From Vitrella brassicaformis CCMP3155 (Eukaryota; Protista; Chromerida): a stretch of 46,762 bases of DNA. Within the stretch, counting starts at the first letter, position 1. Each line of letters begins with the position of its first letter. The notes beneath the pieces were generated by a model. That model saw only the letters and a program-made list of their open reading frames with translations, did no database searches and was not told where the DNA came from. The stretch is taken from the NCBI GenBank assembly GCA_001179505.1, contig CDMY01000587.1:1-46762 (forward strand), in the 5' to 3' direction. The translations under genes and the position numbers were made by a program. Positions 11,201-24,400 of this stretch are shown here, one piece after another.

Positions 11201-14200
11201 AGCACGCCGGCCATTCAGGCGCCGAGAAGACGCTGTGCGACATGGGCTTCGACATCGCCATGGTCAGGAACGCACTCGCCGCTGCGCAAGGTCAGTTGTT
11301 TTGGCAACTGATAAGGGAGATGGAATCTTTGGGTCTTCCGTGGGTTCGTCCTTGGATGCGTGAGTGCGTGTTGTTCTGTTGGTTGTGTGCAGGCAATGTG
11401 GAGACGGCGGCGGCGTTTCTGCTTGGCGACGAGCAGCCCGCGCAGGTGGCCCACTCCGACGGCGCGGCAGCGTCGGCAGCGTCTGGGGCGGCAAACCAGC
11501 ACCACCAACAACAGCAGCAGCGGAATGGACGACAGGTTGGTGCTGGTGCGGGGCAGGTCGATTGCACAGCACAACACGACACGAAACACGACGACGGCAT
11601 GGATGGCTCCATGTGGGTCCTTCCTTCGTGGCTTCATCTCTTCTCATCCAGAAGGTTGGAACCTCAAGCTCGTCGTCGTCGTCTCGCGTGCGAGGTGTGT
11701 TTGGGGGGCTGTTTGGCGGCCGTGGGTGGGGCGGGGGTGGCGGCAAGGGCGATGCGGGTGATGGTGGCGGGGATGGTGGGGAGGACTATGACGGCACGGG
11801 TGACGTCCTCATGTACCACCACAGGGGGGACGCTGTCAACTTCTTCAGGTGAGGGAGGAGCACGTCCCTGTGAAAGGGTGAATGGGTGAATGGACGAATG
11901 GTGTGTTGGTGGGTGGGTGGTGCAGTGACTTTGTGGAGCACATAGGGAAGTTCTTCGCCAACATCCACAAGTACTGCGTCATCTGCTTCAACCCACACGC
12001 GGTACGACAGAGAGACAGGTGCATCGCACCCACATACTGGCCTTGACGCCTGCCTTGTCGATACATGCGTTTGGCTGGTAGGACGTCCTCTGCCGCAAGC
12101 TCTTCCCCTGCAACAACGTGAGAGAGAGGGGGGGAGAGAGAGAGGAAGAGAGAGAGAGAGCCATCGGTGCCTCCCCTCTCTGTGAATGGATGCTCAAATG
12201 TGTGCTGGTTTTGCAGGAGCTGTGCATCTTTTCGTATGAGGAGTTCGTGGCCACGGTGTACGCCGAGCTGCAGGACGACAAAGACCTCGTCGACCTACAC
12301 GTCCGTCCGTCCGCACACACGCATTCACACATACACATGTGCGAATGTACTTACGTGTGCGCTGTGTGTGGTCTTTGGCTGGGCGGGAGGGAGCAGTTGT
12401 TTCTGGCGGGGTGTGCATGCAACAGCCAAGACACCTACGTGGAGCCATTCCCACCGCACGTACGCACCCATTCCACGCACCTACACCCACACCCACACCC
12501 ATACACGAGTCTATGGATTATGTGCCAGTTCTTGAAGCGCCACGAGATCCGCACCCGATCGGGCATCTACGACAACCGTAAGCACCACACAAGACAAGAC
12601 AACGCATCACATCGCGCGGACTGCACGTACACGCGGGAATGCTATCTGTGCGTGGGTGTGTCTTTGCAGCCAACGCACTCAAATCGGGCACGGCGAGGTA
12701 GGGTGGGCGGTCAGTGCTGCTTTCGTCCACTCATTCATTCATTCATTCATTGTGTCTCTCTGTCTCTGTGCAGGGCAGGGTATGCGTACGGTGGCGGGCA
12801 GCCGCAGAACAACCCCGACAGCAACAAAGACCTCTACAAGTGGGGATCGATCCACACATACACATACACATATATGTATGTATATACATGAACATATACA
12901 TACATACACATATATACAGACACATATACATATACAAGCACGTGTACATGTGATGTGAGTATGGGTCAGGATGAAGCGCTGTTTCCAGAAGCTCCCGTCC
13001 GTCAAGGAGCTGGCAGCGTGCTCATCGGAGGAAGCCATCATCTCACTCCTGCGTACCCAGCCTCACACCCACTCACGCCCACCCGCCCATCCATCCATCC
13101 ATCCATCCATGGGTGCCTGTCTGAATGAATGAATCTGTGAATGGATCATTTCCAGGTCGCGAGGGCAGCGATGAGGACGAGCCCGGTGAGGCGAGCGACC
13201 CGATGCTGCCGTACAAGCTGGTGCAGTTCGTGCTGGCCACCAATCGCATGATCATACGACGAATCGACAACACACCCGAAGCCATTCCTGGGGTGGGCTG
13301 CGTGAGGATGGATGGATGTCACCTTGTTTGACGGTGAACGAACGTGTGTGTCTTATTGTAGTTGAGCAACGTGATGCAGCTGGCGGTGTACAAGAATGCG
13401 CCAGAGAGGGAGGGTACGCACGGAGAAAGAGCCTATGTATCATCTGTCCCTTTGTCACGCCTCTGTCTCCATCGCGTATGGGTGCAGATGCGTTTGCGCA
13501 GCTGAGAGCCGCGTCCGGCCGTGGCAGCGCCTTCGCGTTCCACGGCAGCCCCGCACACAAGTGGTACAGGTACGACCTTGACACACATCCATCCATCCAT
13601 CCATGCACTCGTGAGACATCAGACAGATGTTCGTATGGATGGCTGCAGCATCATGCGCAACGGGATCCGCAACCTGTCCAACACGGCCCTCATGACGGCC
13701 GGCGCCGCGCACGGGGCCGGCGTATACCTGGTACCCACGCACACAGACACAGACAGACAGACAGACAGACAGATGCTGATTGACTGATCCGTGGATGGAT
13801 GGATGGATGGCTGCGTCGTGCTGTTTTGTGCTGTTTTGGGTGTATGTGTTGGGTGCAGTCCAAGAACAAGGAGCTCTCTCTCAGCTACTGCCAGGTTTGT
13901 CCACACGTGTCTTTGACACCATCAACCCATCTATGCATAGGTGCGCTTTTGGATGTAAAATATTGTGTGCAGGGTGCAGGGACGACGGTGTACAACAAGA
14001 GCAAGGCCCGCTCGCGCCTCGTCCTCGGCGTGTACGAGTACATCAACGACGACTCCTGCAGGAAGGTACACATGGGGGCGCACAGGCTCTTTGTACCCAG
14101 CCAGTATGGTTGTCCGCCATGGGTGCACGCACAGGATACTGGCCACCAGATAGTGACGGTGCAGAACGACAAGGCGTTGCTGATGCGCTTCATGTTGATA

Positions 14201-16088
14201 TGGGAGTCGTCCAGCGCCCCCGCATCAGGGGGCTACTACGGCGGCCGGGGCGAGTACGGCAGCCTCACTATCGAGCAGGCCAAAACAGCGTGGGACAAGG
14301 TGCGCATGCGCACAACACAAGAACACAGAGCCGTACCCACTGGCTAGTTGCTGTCTGCTTGTCTGTCTGTCTGTCTGTGCAGTTCCAGGAGCGTATGCAG
14401 CGTGAGGATCGCGAGCGTCAGCAGCAGGAGAGCGTGGCCACGCTCGACCTCTCGTTCGTGCACAAACCCATAGACGAAGACCTGCAGCCGAAAAGGCACG
14501 CACCCGCACAAAAGAAATGCAGACGTATCCACATCCGTCTCTTCTCTGTGGGCAGGAACATCAGCGGCGACCGTCGGAGTGCCAGGCCACCTGGTGAGCA
14601 CATATCCAGACCAACTCACCAATTGCCGCTTTATGCGTCTCTCCTTGTCTCTCTCTGGCCGTGTACCCATGCACCCCCCTGTCAGACCCTGTCCCCCCCT
14701 GTGAGTTTGAGCGTGACCGCCCCTGTCCGTCCCCCGATGCCATGGACGAGGACGACCAGGTGGCAGAGGACGATCAGTTCGAGTTCGAGGACGACGACAA
14801 CGACATGCCCCTCATCGACAACGACTTCGCCAGGCCCGCCGAGACGCAACACGACAAAGAGCAACGGCTCAAGAAACAACTGGTCTGCGGGTGGTCGAAA
14901 ATGAGGGAGGGAGGGAGGGATGGACTCGTGTATGGTGCGGTGTCTTTGGTTGTGTCAGGAGGAGCAGGAGTTGGACAAGCGGATGGAGCAGATCGAGAAT
15001 CGCATGGAGGAGAGCGGCACACTCACCGCCGACAAGGTGAGAGAGAGAGAGAGAGAGAGAGAGGACCGAACACATAGCTATTGCCAGTTTGTTGGCTGCG
15101 CTTCAATGCACTGCAATGTCTTGCATGGCCGCAGGCGTCGAGCGCCGCCACAAGGACGCTGATGAAGGAGTTCCGATCGCTGATGCGCCTCTCACTGACC
15201 AAAGACAAGGGTACGCACGCATGAAGGCATCGGCGCATTGGCACGTCCCTTCGTCCGTCCGTACTTTCGTCTGTGTGCACACTCCACCGAGTTCATGCAG
15301 ATGGCAGCGAGTCTTCGACAGGGTTCGAGGTCACGTTGGTGCGTGAGAACATGTACCACTGGCAGGTCAAGCTCACGGCCGACGGCTTCCCCAACGACGC
15401 CCCACTCAAGAAAGACCTGCTCACCTTCGCAGAGAAAACCAAGAAGGTCAGCCACTCTCCCACTCACCCCGAATGCACCAGGCAGGCACATGCATGAATG
15501 GGTGCTTGGGTGGGTGCAGGAGGCTGCAGTGGTGATGGACGTGCTCTTCCCGGGCAACTTCCCCTTCGCCCCGCCGTTCATTCGCGTCATACGACCGCGA
15601 TTTGTCTTCCACACGGGTAACCCACACGAAGTGTAGTGTTTCGGTGGGTTGGTGCCTGATGGGATGACCATGTATGTGTGCCTGGCATGCAGGTCACATC
15701 ACGGTGGGTGGCAGCATCTGCATGGAGCTGCTGACGCCGTCGGGGTGGCGGCCGACCTACTCGATCGAGTCCGTCCTCATACAAATCAAGAGCGAAGTCA
15801 TCGGTAAGCAAACACGGCACGGGAGAGAATGATCCACCGCTGAGTCTGTCTACACGTCAATGTATGTGTCAATTCATGTATTGCGTGCTTCATCTGCAGA
15901 GGGCGGCGGTCGCATTGACTTCAACCATGTGAGTGAGGTTGTGGGGAGTGACTTGGTGACTGGGTGACTGGTTTGGCGCCCATACGTGCGTTTGTTTTTG
16001 TTTTTCCTTGCAGTGTGGCGACTACACTGACGCTGAAGCGAGGGCCGCGTACGACCGGGTGGCCCGCCAACACGGCTGGATCAAATGA
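8283..16088 (+). CDS. PARP6/8-type ADP-ribosyltransferase fused to UBA and a C-terminal UBE2Q-type E2 (UBC) domain
   Basis: More than 30 hand-spliced exons. UBA: LCDMGFDIAMVRNALAAAQGNVETAAAFLL. PARP6/8-type C4 zinc finger: CVICFNPH-DVLCRKLFPCNN-ELCIFSY, then DLVDL...VEPFP. Catalytic: FAFHGSPAHKW-SIMRNGIRNLSNTALMTAGAAHGAGVYL...QIVTV...MRFMLIW. UBC: NMYHWQVKL...FPGNFPFAPPFIRVIRPRF...HITVGGSICMELLTPSGWRPTYSIESVLIQI. Ends QHGWIK* at 16088. Confidence 0.9.
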
Positions 16089-17042
16089 TCCATGCAACAC
16101 GCATGGACACATACTCACCCACAGAGAACATCCAGACACACATAACACTGCTCTGGGGGCGGGCGGGTGCATGTGTACACAATACAGACGTACAGACATG
16201 ATGATCGCATCGAGAGAGGGAGAGAGCATACATACATATTATATACATACCCATATGCCAACACACCTACGTGAATTCATGCCATCTCCCCCGGACGGAG
16301 AGATGGTTTGAAATTTTGACCCGAGCATCTTTGCATAGATGCATCCACTTGTGCCAATGAATGCATTTTTGCCGGCTGTGTGGGGGAGAGAGATGAGAGA
16401 GATGGCGGTGCAATGTCTGCAGAGCAAAGCGGCGGCTCTAGTAGGGACGGAGAGAGTGAGAGGAGCGAAACGACTGTATGTACCATATACCCAAACCGCC
16501 TGCCTGCCTGCCTGCATACATGACCTGCATACGTGCATGCCTCTCTGCCTCCCGTGTATTTATTTGTGTCCATCGACTGACTGACCGACTTATTTACTCA
16601 ATTTCACGTCCAAGTTTTCCCGCTATCCCCAGCCGCCCGTTCACGTGCGCGTGTCGGTGCCGCTGCCTGGGTGATGGACTCACTCAGTATTACATCTATA
16701 TGTGTCTACATGGACTGATGATCTGGACCACTTGCCTGCCTCCCTGCCGCCCTCTCTCAATCCTCCGTCAACCCACAGAATCCACCGTCTGTCGTGTGCT
16801 GGCAGACTTAGATCAAAGTTACGGAAGCGCAATCGCCAAGGCGCGCTTCTGCTGGAACCTGACGGCGATTCTCTGTCAGTCCTCATCCCCTACTCTGATA
16901 GCATACGTCTGGTGCTCGTGCTTATACCGGACTGCGACAGCACGTGCACACGGTGCACCCAGATATTGTGATTCTGTCAGTGCAGACCGCCGCGGAGCGC
17001 TGTCACACAGTGACGCTCAACAACTCGCTAAGCCTCACAGCT

Positions 17043-19087
17043 ATGCAGCAAATAAAAGGCAAAGGATGGCAGAAACAGAAGCCCATGCCGGTTTTTTGCG
17101 TTTGTCTTTCACTTTCAGCGCTGTGTGTTGTCCTGTTTGCCCTCTTGTCGTCTAAGCCCACTTACAGACCCACCCGTCCATCCCATCTCGATGGAGCGCC
17201 AGTGAACCTGTCGTTGCTGGACTCCTTTGTCCGCCAATTGGAAGACGGCCTCCTTGGGAACCACTGGTACGGCCAATGACATGAGGCCACCGGCTTCCAT
17301 GGCCCGGCCTTACGAGCTTGTGTGTGTCAGTGAGCGGTACTGGCGCCATTCCTTGGACAGGAGCAGCACGCTGCAGGCCCTGGCCTCGACAAATGAGCCA
17401 CTCTCGACGCTTGCCGACAGGGCTTTCAGTCTTCGATATCACAAGGACACGCTTCTGCGGCTCTCCATCAGGGTTACATACATCCTGGCAGTCGGCCAGT
17501 TCAAATTTTGTTTGTTCCGTTTTGTTTGTGCAGGATGGGAAGCTCTTCTGCTATCCTCCGTCTGAGAGCGTGGTGCAAGAGGAGACACAGGACGCATCCA
17601 TGAAAGAGTACATACAAATAGACAACACCTGTACAACGATCAACTGCCGCGGATAAGCAGATACATGAGCACAGTGTTCGTCGACCGACTGATTGACGCT
17701 ATCGAGCATGCCGGAGCAACCCTCACCCATGTCGACTTTGGTAATGATCTCCCATTCATGCTTCCCTTCTTTCCATTCTCCGTCTTTCACAGCTGTCCAC
17801 TTCGCATTCTGCCCAGTCATATGGAAAGACATGAACTATTCACTGGCGCGTGGTGAAAGGTGTGTCCAGCACCAGTCGACGTTCTACGATGCAGATCGGC
17901 CACCCACTCTCTTGTTCGGAACCGCCTCATCCGACCGATTCAACTGGGACGCGCCGTTCGTGCCCTACTTCACACATGGTGACAGCGACGAGAGAAGCGT
18001 GCGACAGCACCTGGCAGACGCCCTCTACAGCACGGTCGACGGGAGCGAGTCGCTGTATGTCCGGTTCGACAAAATGTGGAAAGAGAAGCGGGAGGGACTG
18101 TTCTTCATCGGTGAAGACAGATTAGTGAAATGAAGACAGACGATTCGCAGCTGACTCTCACACAGGGCGGAGGAATGACCCATCACGTCTAGAGACGGCC
18201 TGCGGTGTGAACGTACTTGATGAGAGGCTTTCTGAGGATGTCTTCTTGGCGGACAGCGCAAACAGGAAGATGCCTCGCAACTACTGTCGCAAAGAAGCAG
18301 AGGAAATGGAACGGTAGATGCCACACCTCAGTCGTCCATGCGTCCTCTGGGGTTCTTATCGCTTACAGGAAGCGCAAGTGCTCATCCGCCCACGTTTGTC
18401 GTGACCTGCCAACCACAGGGCGCGAGTGGCGACGTAGGTTGTCCAGGCATAAATACGTGTTGGACATGTAGGTACTCGTATATGGAGGAGGCACGTATAG
18501 ACATTGATCTGTGTCTCACGCAAGGCCGGGGTTTGGCCCTTGGAGCCACCGGCTCCGCTTCCTCCTCCTGAGTGGAGCCGTCGTGTTTCAGCAGAAGCGC
18601 GCCTTCGACTTTGAGCAGTTCTATGACAGGTGTGATTGCATACGGAGTCAGCGCATACCCCTTTGACAACGACACAGGCCATTGAAGGAATACGGCGTAA
18701 TTGTGCCCTTCACGGACGCCAATGATCTCCTTTCGAAAGTGCGGTGGCTCCAAAAGCACGACGAGGTGGCCAAGAGAATTGCCTCGGCGGCACACGCCTT
18801 CGCGTGGTCCTGTCTCTCTCAAGAAGGTATGTCATCTGATGTACACGTGTGTGTTTTCATGGAACACGGATGGATGTGTGGTGGGTGAAGGCATTCGTAT
18901 GTTCATCGTCTCCCTGATGAAGAAGCTGCAGAGCATCGGGTCGATGAAAGCGGGGCCTGCGACAGGAGCTTCGCACCGTCGAGTCGCTTTGGACCCATCC
19001 AACCCCCGCGACTTCGCCAGACGGAAAGAAATTTGTCAATGGGGTGACGGCAATGACGTCTTGACGCTGTCTCTCTCAGCCTCTTGA
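17043..19087 (+). CDS. Glycosyltransferase family 90 (CAP10/KDELC/POGLUT-like), type II membrane protein
   Basis: N-terminal TM segment VFCVCLSLSALCVVLFALL. LTHVDF; MWKEKREGLFFIG; RHKYVLDM-PGFGPWSHRLRFLLLSGAVVFQQ...FEQFY; DLLSKVRWLQKHDEVAKRIA all follow the GT90 motif order. Confidence 0.82.
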
Positions 19088-20215
19088 CAATCGTCTGTTT
19101 TGTATTCATGTGTTGCCCGCTCGGATTCTTGTTTCTCTTTTTTAAATGATGGATGGACGGCATTCACTCAGTAGAAATTCAAATATAGGCATGGCACAAT
19201 GTTGAGTAATGCTTCGACGTATTTGCTTACATATTGCAGTGGGCAGACGATCGCTGTGGCCAGATACGCATGTGTACCACCTTACAGTATGGCCCTCTCG
19301 CTTGTTTGTCCGTGGCTCAAGCACAGATCGTGTGGAAACTGCTCCGGAATAGTGCATGTGTGAAACTGCTCTGGTCGAAACCTACAGTGAATCCCATCTC
19401 CCTAAGCCCGAGCGGACAGCCAGGCTCACAAGCAGCTGTCCCTCAAGTGCTACGCTGAACACTACCATTATGTCAGCACTGCAGGGCGAGGTCGAATGCA
19501 CACACGAATCTGGCTGAGGGCACGTGCCCAAATAAAAGTCACGCGCACGGCCATCCATCCATCCAGCAGACACTACCTTTTACATGACCCGCGAAGACTA
19601 ACTAATAGAGGCACACGGGCAGATAGGCAGACAGGCATACAACAACTCACGTCTGAGTGTGAGTGGCAGGCATGGCGAATGGCCTTTGCCACCGCCACGC
19701 TCGCTTCCTCACTCAGCGGCACACTCCATCCGTCCAGCCATCCAGTCAGTAGAAGCAGCGGACCTGACTACCTGACTACCTGACAACATGACATGAATAC
19801 CTTTGCGAGGAAGAAGCAAGCACACGAAATACCTACACATACATACAGAGATAAAATTCGGGACCAAGGCCCGCAAGTGGGACAAACAGGAGCCCAGTGA
19901 GGGTGTGTGGTGCAACACAGCACTGCCCATGACGTGCATGACTTTGCACCAGTCAATGCAGGTGCGTGTGCGTGTGCGTGCGCTCGAGTATACGTCTCTC
20001 TCTCCCCATCTCTCTCTCTTTCTGTGTGAGAGGCTGACTGACTTCGCCGCTCATAAAAGCTGGCATTCACACATTCACACATCCATACATACATACGACC
20101 CCCAAGAAGACATACAGACATACAGGCAGGCAGGCAAGCAGGCAGGCACCCATGGCTCAGGAATACCTGAAATGCATCTCATCGCTACAGAAACGTCAGT
20201 CATTCATTCGCTCTC

Positions 20216-21304
20216 TCAGGGCCGCGCGTATGCGTACAGAGTACGGCCGCCGGTCTGTCTTGCGGCCCAGCAGCTGGAAGTAGACGGGCCGACACAGTCA
20301 ACCCTGCCCCCACACTTCTCCCCCCCACACCAGGTCATCCTGAAACGAAGGGGCGGTTTCTTCTTCTTGCATTTCGACCGCGGTTGCACATCCACAGGGG
20401 GCGGGCTGACGAAGGCCTGCAGGGGAGCGGATAGCTTGCGCACGTCGAAACCGAGGAACTCGTCGTAGCTCGAGTCCCTCAGCGCACGGCGAACTGTCTG
20501 CTCCTCTGCACACAAGCATCAGACAGCACAAGTAGAACATCTTCACGTGTTTCGTGCCACTGTTCTCTGCTTACTTGTTCCGACGAAGCCAGCGCACTTG
20601 CGAATCGTGGTGAACATATAGACGTGGCCGCTCGCCAAGTGCTTTGCCTCGTACGACAGCAGACCCCTCCGCCCTCTCTGGCTCCGCTTGCCGCCCTCCA
20701 CCGACTCGCCCACCCCGCTGTCCTGCATGTCCGTCTGGGTGTCTGGCACTGTCAGAGGCCTCCTCTGCACCACCACCTTCGACTGATGACCCCACGGTGG
20801 GATGAAGACGGGGGAGTCTGGCAGCTTGCGCTTGTTGGACCTCGTCTGGCCGCTTGTGTCATGAAGGCAAGGGGTGGCGGTGATGAGGGTCTCACGTGGG
20901 GTCTCCCAGATGGCCGAGGGAAGGGGGGTAGTCAGAGCTTGGGCAGGCGTGGAGAGGTTCGTCAGCTCCATCAGCGAGGCGTTGCCGAAGGGCTGCAGCT
21001 GGTCCGGGGCTCTCCACAGCGACGACTCGCGCTCGAGGTTGCCGGGCACGCCAGTGACGCCGCCCATGTCGAGTGGAAGCAGCGGCTGCCATGGCAATGC
21101 GCCAACGCCGCCCAGTATCGACTGGTCATCGTTGCCGAGAGACAGCCCTCCCAAACTCACGAGTGGCGCCTCGCTGCTGCCTGGGCAGCCGTACTGGAAG
21201 TACTGGAAGTCTGGGCCCGTTACGGACGTTTCGCTGCGGACGTCGTCGTGATCTGCTGAGAGGGAGGGGGGAGAAAAGACAAGGCTGGGAAGGCTGATAC
21301 TCAT
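20216..21304 (-). CDS. Hypothetical nuclear protein with a NUMOD1/IENR1-like helix-turn-helix and basic NLS-like motifs
   Basis: ORF 21304-20575, a 69-nt intron at 20506-20574, then EQTVRRALRDSSYDEFLGFDVRKL. The joined sequence YEAKHLASGHVYMFTTIRKCAGFVGTKEQTVRRAL resembles NUMOD1. Also NKRK and KCKKKKP. Confidence 0.6.
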
Positions 21305-21402
21305 AGCGTCACGATTGGACCACGGACTGAGTTGAGACTGCCCGTCGGCTGCCTAGGACATTGCGTGAAACTGCTCGTCCGAGACGGGGGGCCATAGAGA
21401 CC

Positions 21403-21468
21403 CCTTTTCTCCCCTTCATCCCCTTCGTTCTCTCTCCTTTTCTCCCCTTCATCCCCTTCGTTCTCTCT
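21403..21468 (+). repeat. 33-bp pyrimidine-rich tandem duplication in a divergent intergenic region
   Basis: ccttttctccccttcatccccttcgttctctct occurs twice, exactly. Confidence 0.9.
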
Positions 21469-21486
21469 CCTTTTCCCCTCATCATC

Positions 21487-24400
21487 ATGCCGCCAAGCTG
21501 CCAGCACGCCATCAGCCTGGAGGACCTCTTCCGTGGCGTAAGTAAGTCCTCCACACTATCAACGGCAGCGTCCCTGACCCTCAAAGCCAATCCCTTCAAA
21601 GCATTCGTCCCCGAAGTGCCGTCAGCCGCTCACCTACACGACCCTGATTACGTCACCTCACTCGAGCGCAAACTCCTCGTCGATGAAGCTAGTAACGACA
21701 AGAAAGGCCACACAAGGCTCTTCCATGAGAGAATGCCACTCGGCAACAGCCTCTCGTCTGCGGAACTGGACAAATTACTGGAGACATCAGCCGCAATCAC
21801 CGCAGGCCTTCAGGGAGTGCTATCGACTGTTGGTGGCCAGAAGCGGCAGCACACCGACGCGGCCGCTATGCTTCGCAGCAGGGGCAGACAACCAGACGAC
21901 CGGTTGCAGGGCCGCGTAAAGAAGCTGAAAGAGGCATCGGCGGCAGCGCCCGACGCACCTGTGTGGTTGGACAGCCGGCGCGGCTCTCTTGCTGAGAATA
22001 TGGACGAGGACCGTCTTGTCTCGCTGGTGCTGGACGGCGAGCACAAGCCTGTGTACCGGACGTCCGTGCGCACAGAGGCGAGGGCAGCAGTCAAGGGAAG
22101 CGACGACGAGGACGACGCAGTGGTCCGCCAGGTGTATGAGGGGTTCCTGATGCGAATCAAGCTGATGTATTTCTGGGACCGCATCGCGCGCGCCACCACC
22201 CGTCTACGGGGGCAGCTCGACATGATGGAAATCGCCAAGGACATTCCCTGGCCCGAGGAGCGCATCCATGTCCGCCCCAAAACGGCCACGGATTCGATCA
22301 CCCCTCAGCGGCGAGAGATGCTGAGGTGTCTGGCGGAGGGAGGCAAGTCGACGGACGATGTCCGCCGGCGGCTCAGGTCGCTGGTTGGGACGCTGGAGGC
22401 CAAGTGGCAGGTTGCTGCACTCACCCTGACGAGCCTCTACCAGAGGGTGCCCAAGCATCAGCTGCTGGAGAGGCAACTCACGCGATACGAGATGCAGTTC
22501 AGCAAGGAAGTCATGCAGCTGCAGGAGGTCAGATCCACACGCCCACACGGACTCGGGCATAGGGAACTTGGCCTGGATTGTGAAGTTTGGCCTTAGGCTG
22601 TTCGTGTGCTGTGTGTCGGTCGGTGGGCGTATGACGGATGCAGGCCGTTCGAAGCGGTCGCAGCGATGTGCAGAAGGGGTCGTGCAGCCGCTTTGAGGCC
22701 GTCTACGAGAAGCTTCGTTGGTTCTACACCCACCTCCTCTCCTCCCGGCTGCAAGTGGAGGTCGCACACAGGGCAGCCAAAGAGGCCGAAAAAGAGGCCG
22801 AAGAACAGAAGGCGCTTATACCTGACGCAAGTAGACAAAGGGGTGAAATCACGACCACAGCAGCAATTGCAGATGCTTAAATATTCTTCTGTCTGCTTGT
22901 CGCCCTTTTTGTTGGTGTCAGTCGCCCTTTCCCAGCTGTTTCTGAGCCCTCGTGTCTCGCAAAGCACGGTGCCCACGTTCGAAATCGACCACGACAAACA
23001 CGCAGCAGGAGCGCAGCTTGTGGCAGACGACAAGATTTGGCAGCTCATCGCAGCCACCGGGCTCGACTTCAAGGTGACAGCTCACCGAAGGGACGGAGCA
23101 AGCAAATGTGTGTGGGTGCATGTCTACACGTCTGCAGTCGCCAGATTTGAAGAAACTGTTAGCCAAGATCTACATCCGTGGCGGGCAGCGTCGGCGGAGC
23201 ACCCGTACGGGGCTGCTTGAGAGCTACACAGAGCGCGACACAGGCGAGAGGCGACCAGCCGACGAGGCCGGCGAAGACGATAGGTCACTCGGGCAGCTAT
23301 CAGTCCAGGCGAGCCCGCTACTCTCCGGCGCCGTCCTGCAACTGTCCAGGTCAGGCGCGACGTCGCCCGTCTCACTCAGCTTCGCGGGACCGACGCCGCT
23401 CGGCAGCAAGCCACGTGCAGACGATGAAGAGTCAGAGGTGGCAATCAGACAGACAGACATACAATGTGAAAGTGTGCTCAGAGCGCGCATGGTTCGGTTG
23501 TCGGTTGCTGCGTAGGCCACGTCCACCCTCAGCTACCACATGCTGGAAGAAAGCGCGGGGCCTCAGAAACAGCAAGAGCTGCTCGAAGTTGCACTGGTTA
23601 GTCAGTCAGTCAGTCGGTCAGTCTCTTTCCACCCACTTGTGCGACACCCACCGCTGCTGACCACGTGCACACAGGCGTCCAGATCGGGCATGTTTGCGGT
23701 GTCCGAGGCACTCCGACGCTCCAAGGGCACGGGCGATCGGGAGCGCGTCTACGCCAACCTCATTGAGAAACAGGAGCTGACCCGCCTGGAGCTCGTTGAC
23801 AAGGTTGCGACGCAGCAGACCATCGTGGACGTGTTCCAGGAGGAAATCGGCCAGGTGCTGCACGCGGCCACCACCATCACTGACGAGGAGTTCGAGGAGG
23901 CCAGGCAAGAGATGGTACGACAGTCGCGGCTCCTCACGGCACGCAGCAGGACAAAGGGGCTGGTGGACGAGGCCGCTTCTGCCGGCCTTGTGAGCGCCGT
24001 CTCGTTGCTTGTGCCGGAGGAAGAAAACGAAAGCTCAAGTTCGGCATCTACTCATGTTGATGCCGCGGCCGTCCAGCAAGGGCAGCAGGATTCGCGAGGG
24101 GCCCAAGTGGAGGCACGCCGACAAACACAAGACACGGAGCAGCAACAAGGGCAGAAGGAGCCAGGGCAGCCTGACATGGCTGAGGTAGAGCCACGGCCAC
24201 AGGGACCGCAGCCCAAGCCGCCTGTCCTTCCCGAGGCCGCCCTGTCACGAGGTCGCCCTTCGTCCGCTGCATCCCTCGGGACTTCGGCGGCCTCGGTCGC
24301 TATGTCGATCAGCCCGTCAGCGCTGCTCAAGGACCTGCCCGAAAAGCTGGAGTCCCAGTCGCTGCAGGACGACACCATCGGCACGGTGCGAGCCCTGGCG

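Noticed and set aside
3233-16088. SUMO ligase next to the PARP-ubiquitin E2 gene as a functional cluster
   Set aside because: They are separated by an unrelated plastid SDR, and adjacency in a eukaryotic genome is weak evidence without synteny or co-expression.
16100-17040. Several overlapping ORFs and a tgatga box-like word
   Set aside because: Microsatellite-rich UTR/intergenic sequence; no complete C/D snoRNA structure or coding signal.
19234-19458. Short ORF after an acceptor-like ttgcag downstream of GT90
   Set aside because: No motif and no convincing donor linking it to the GT90 model.
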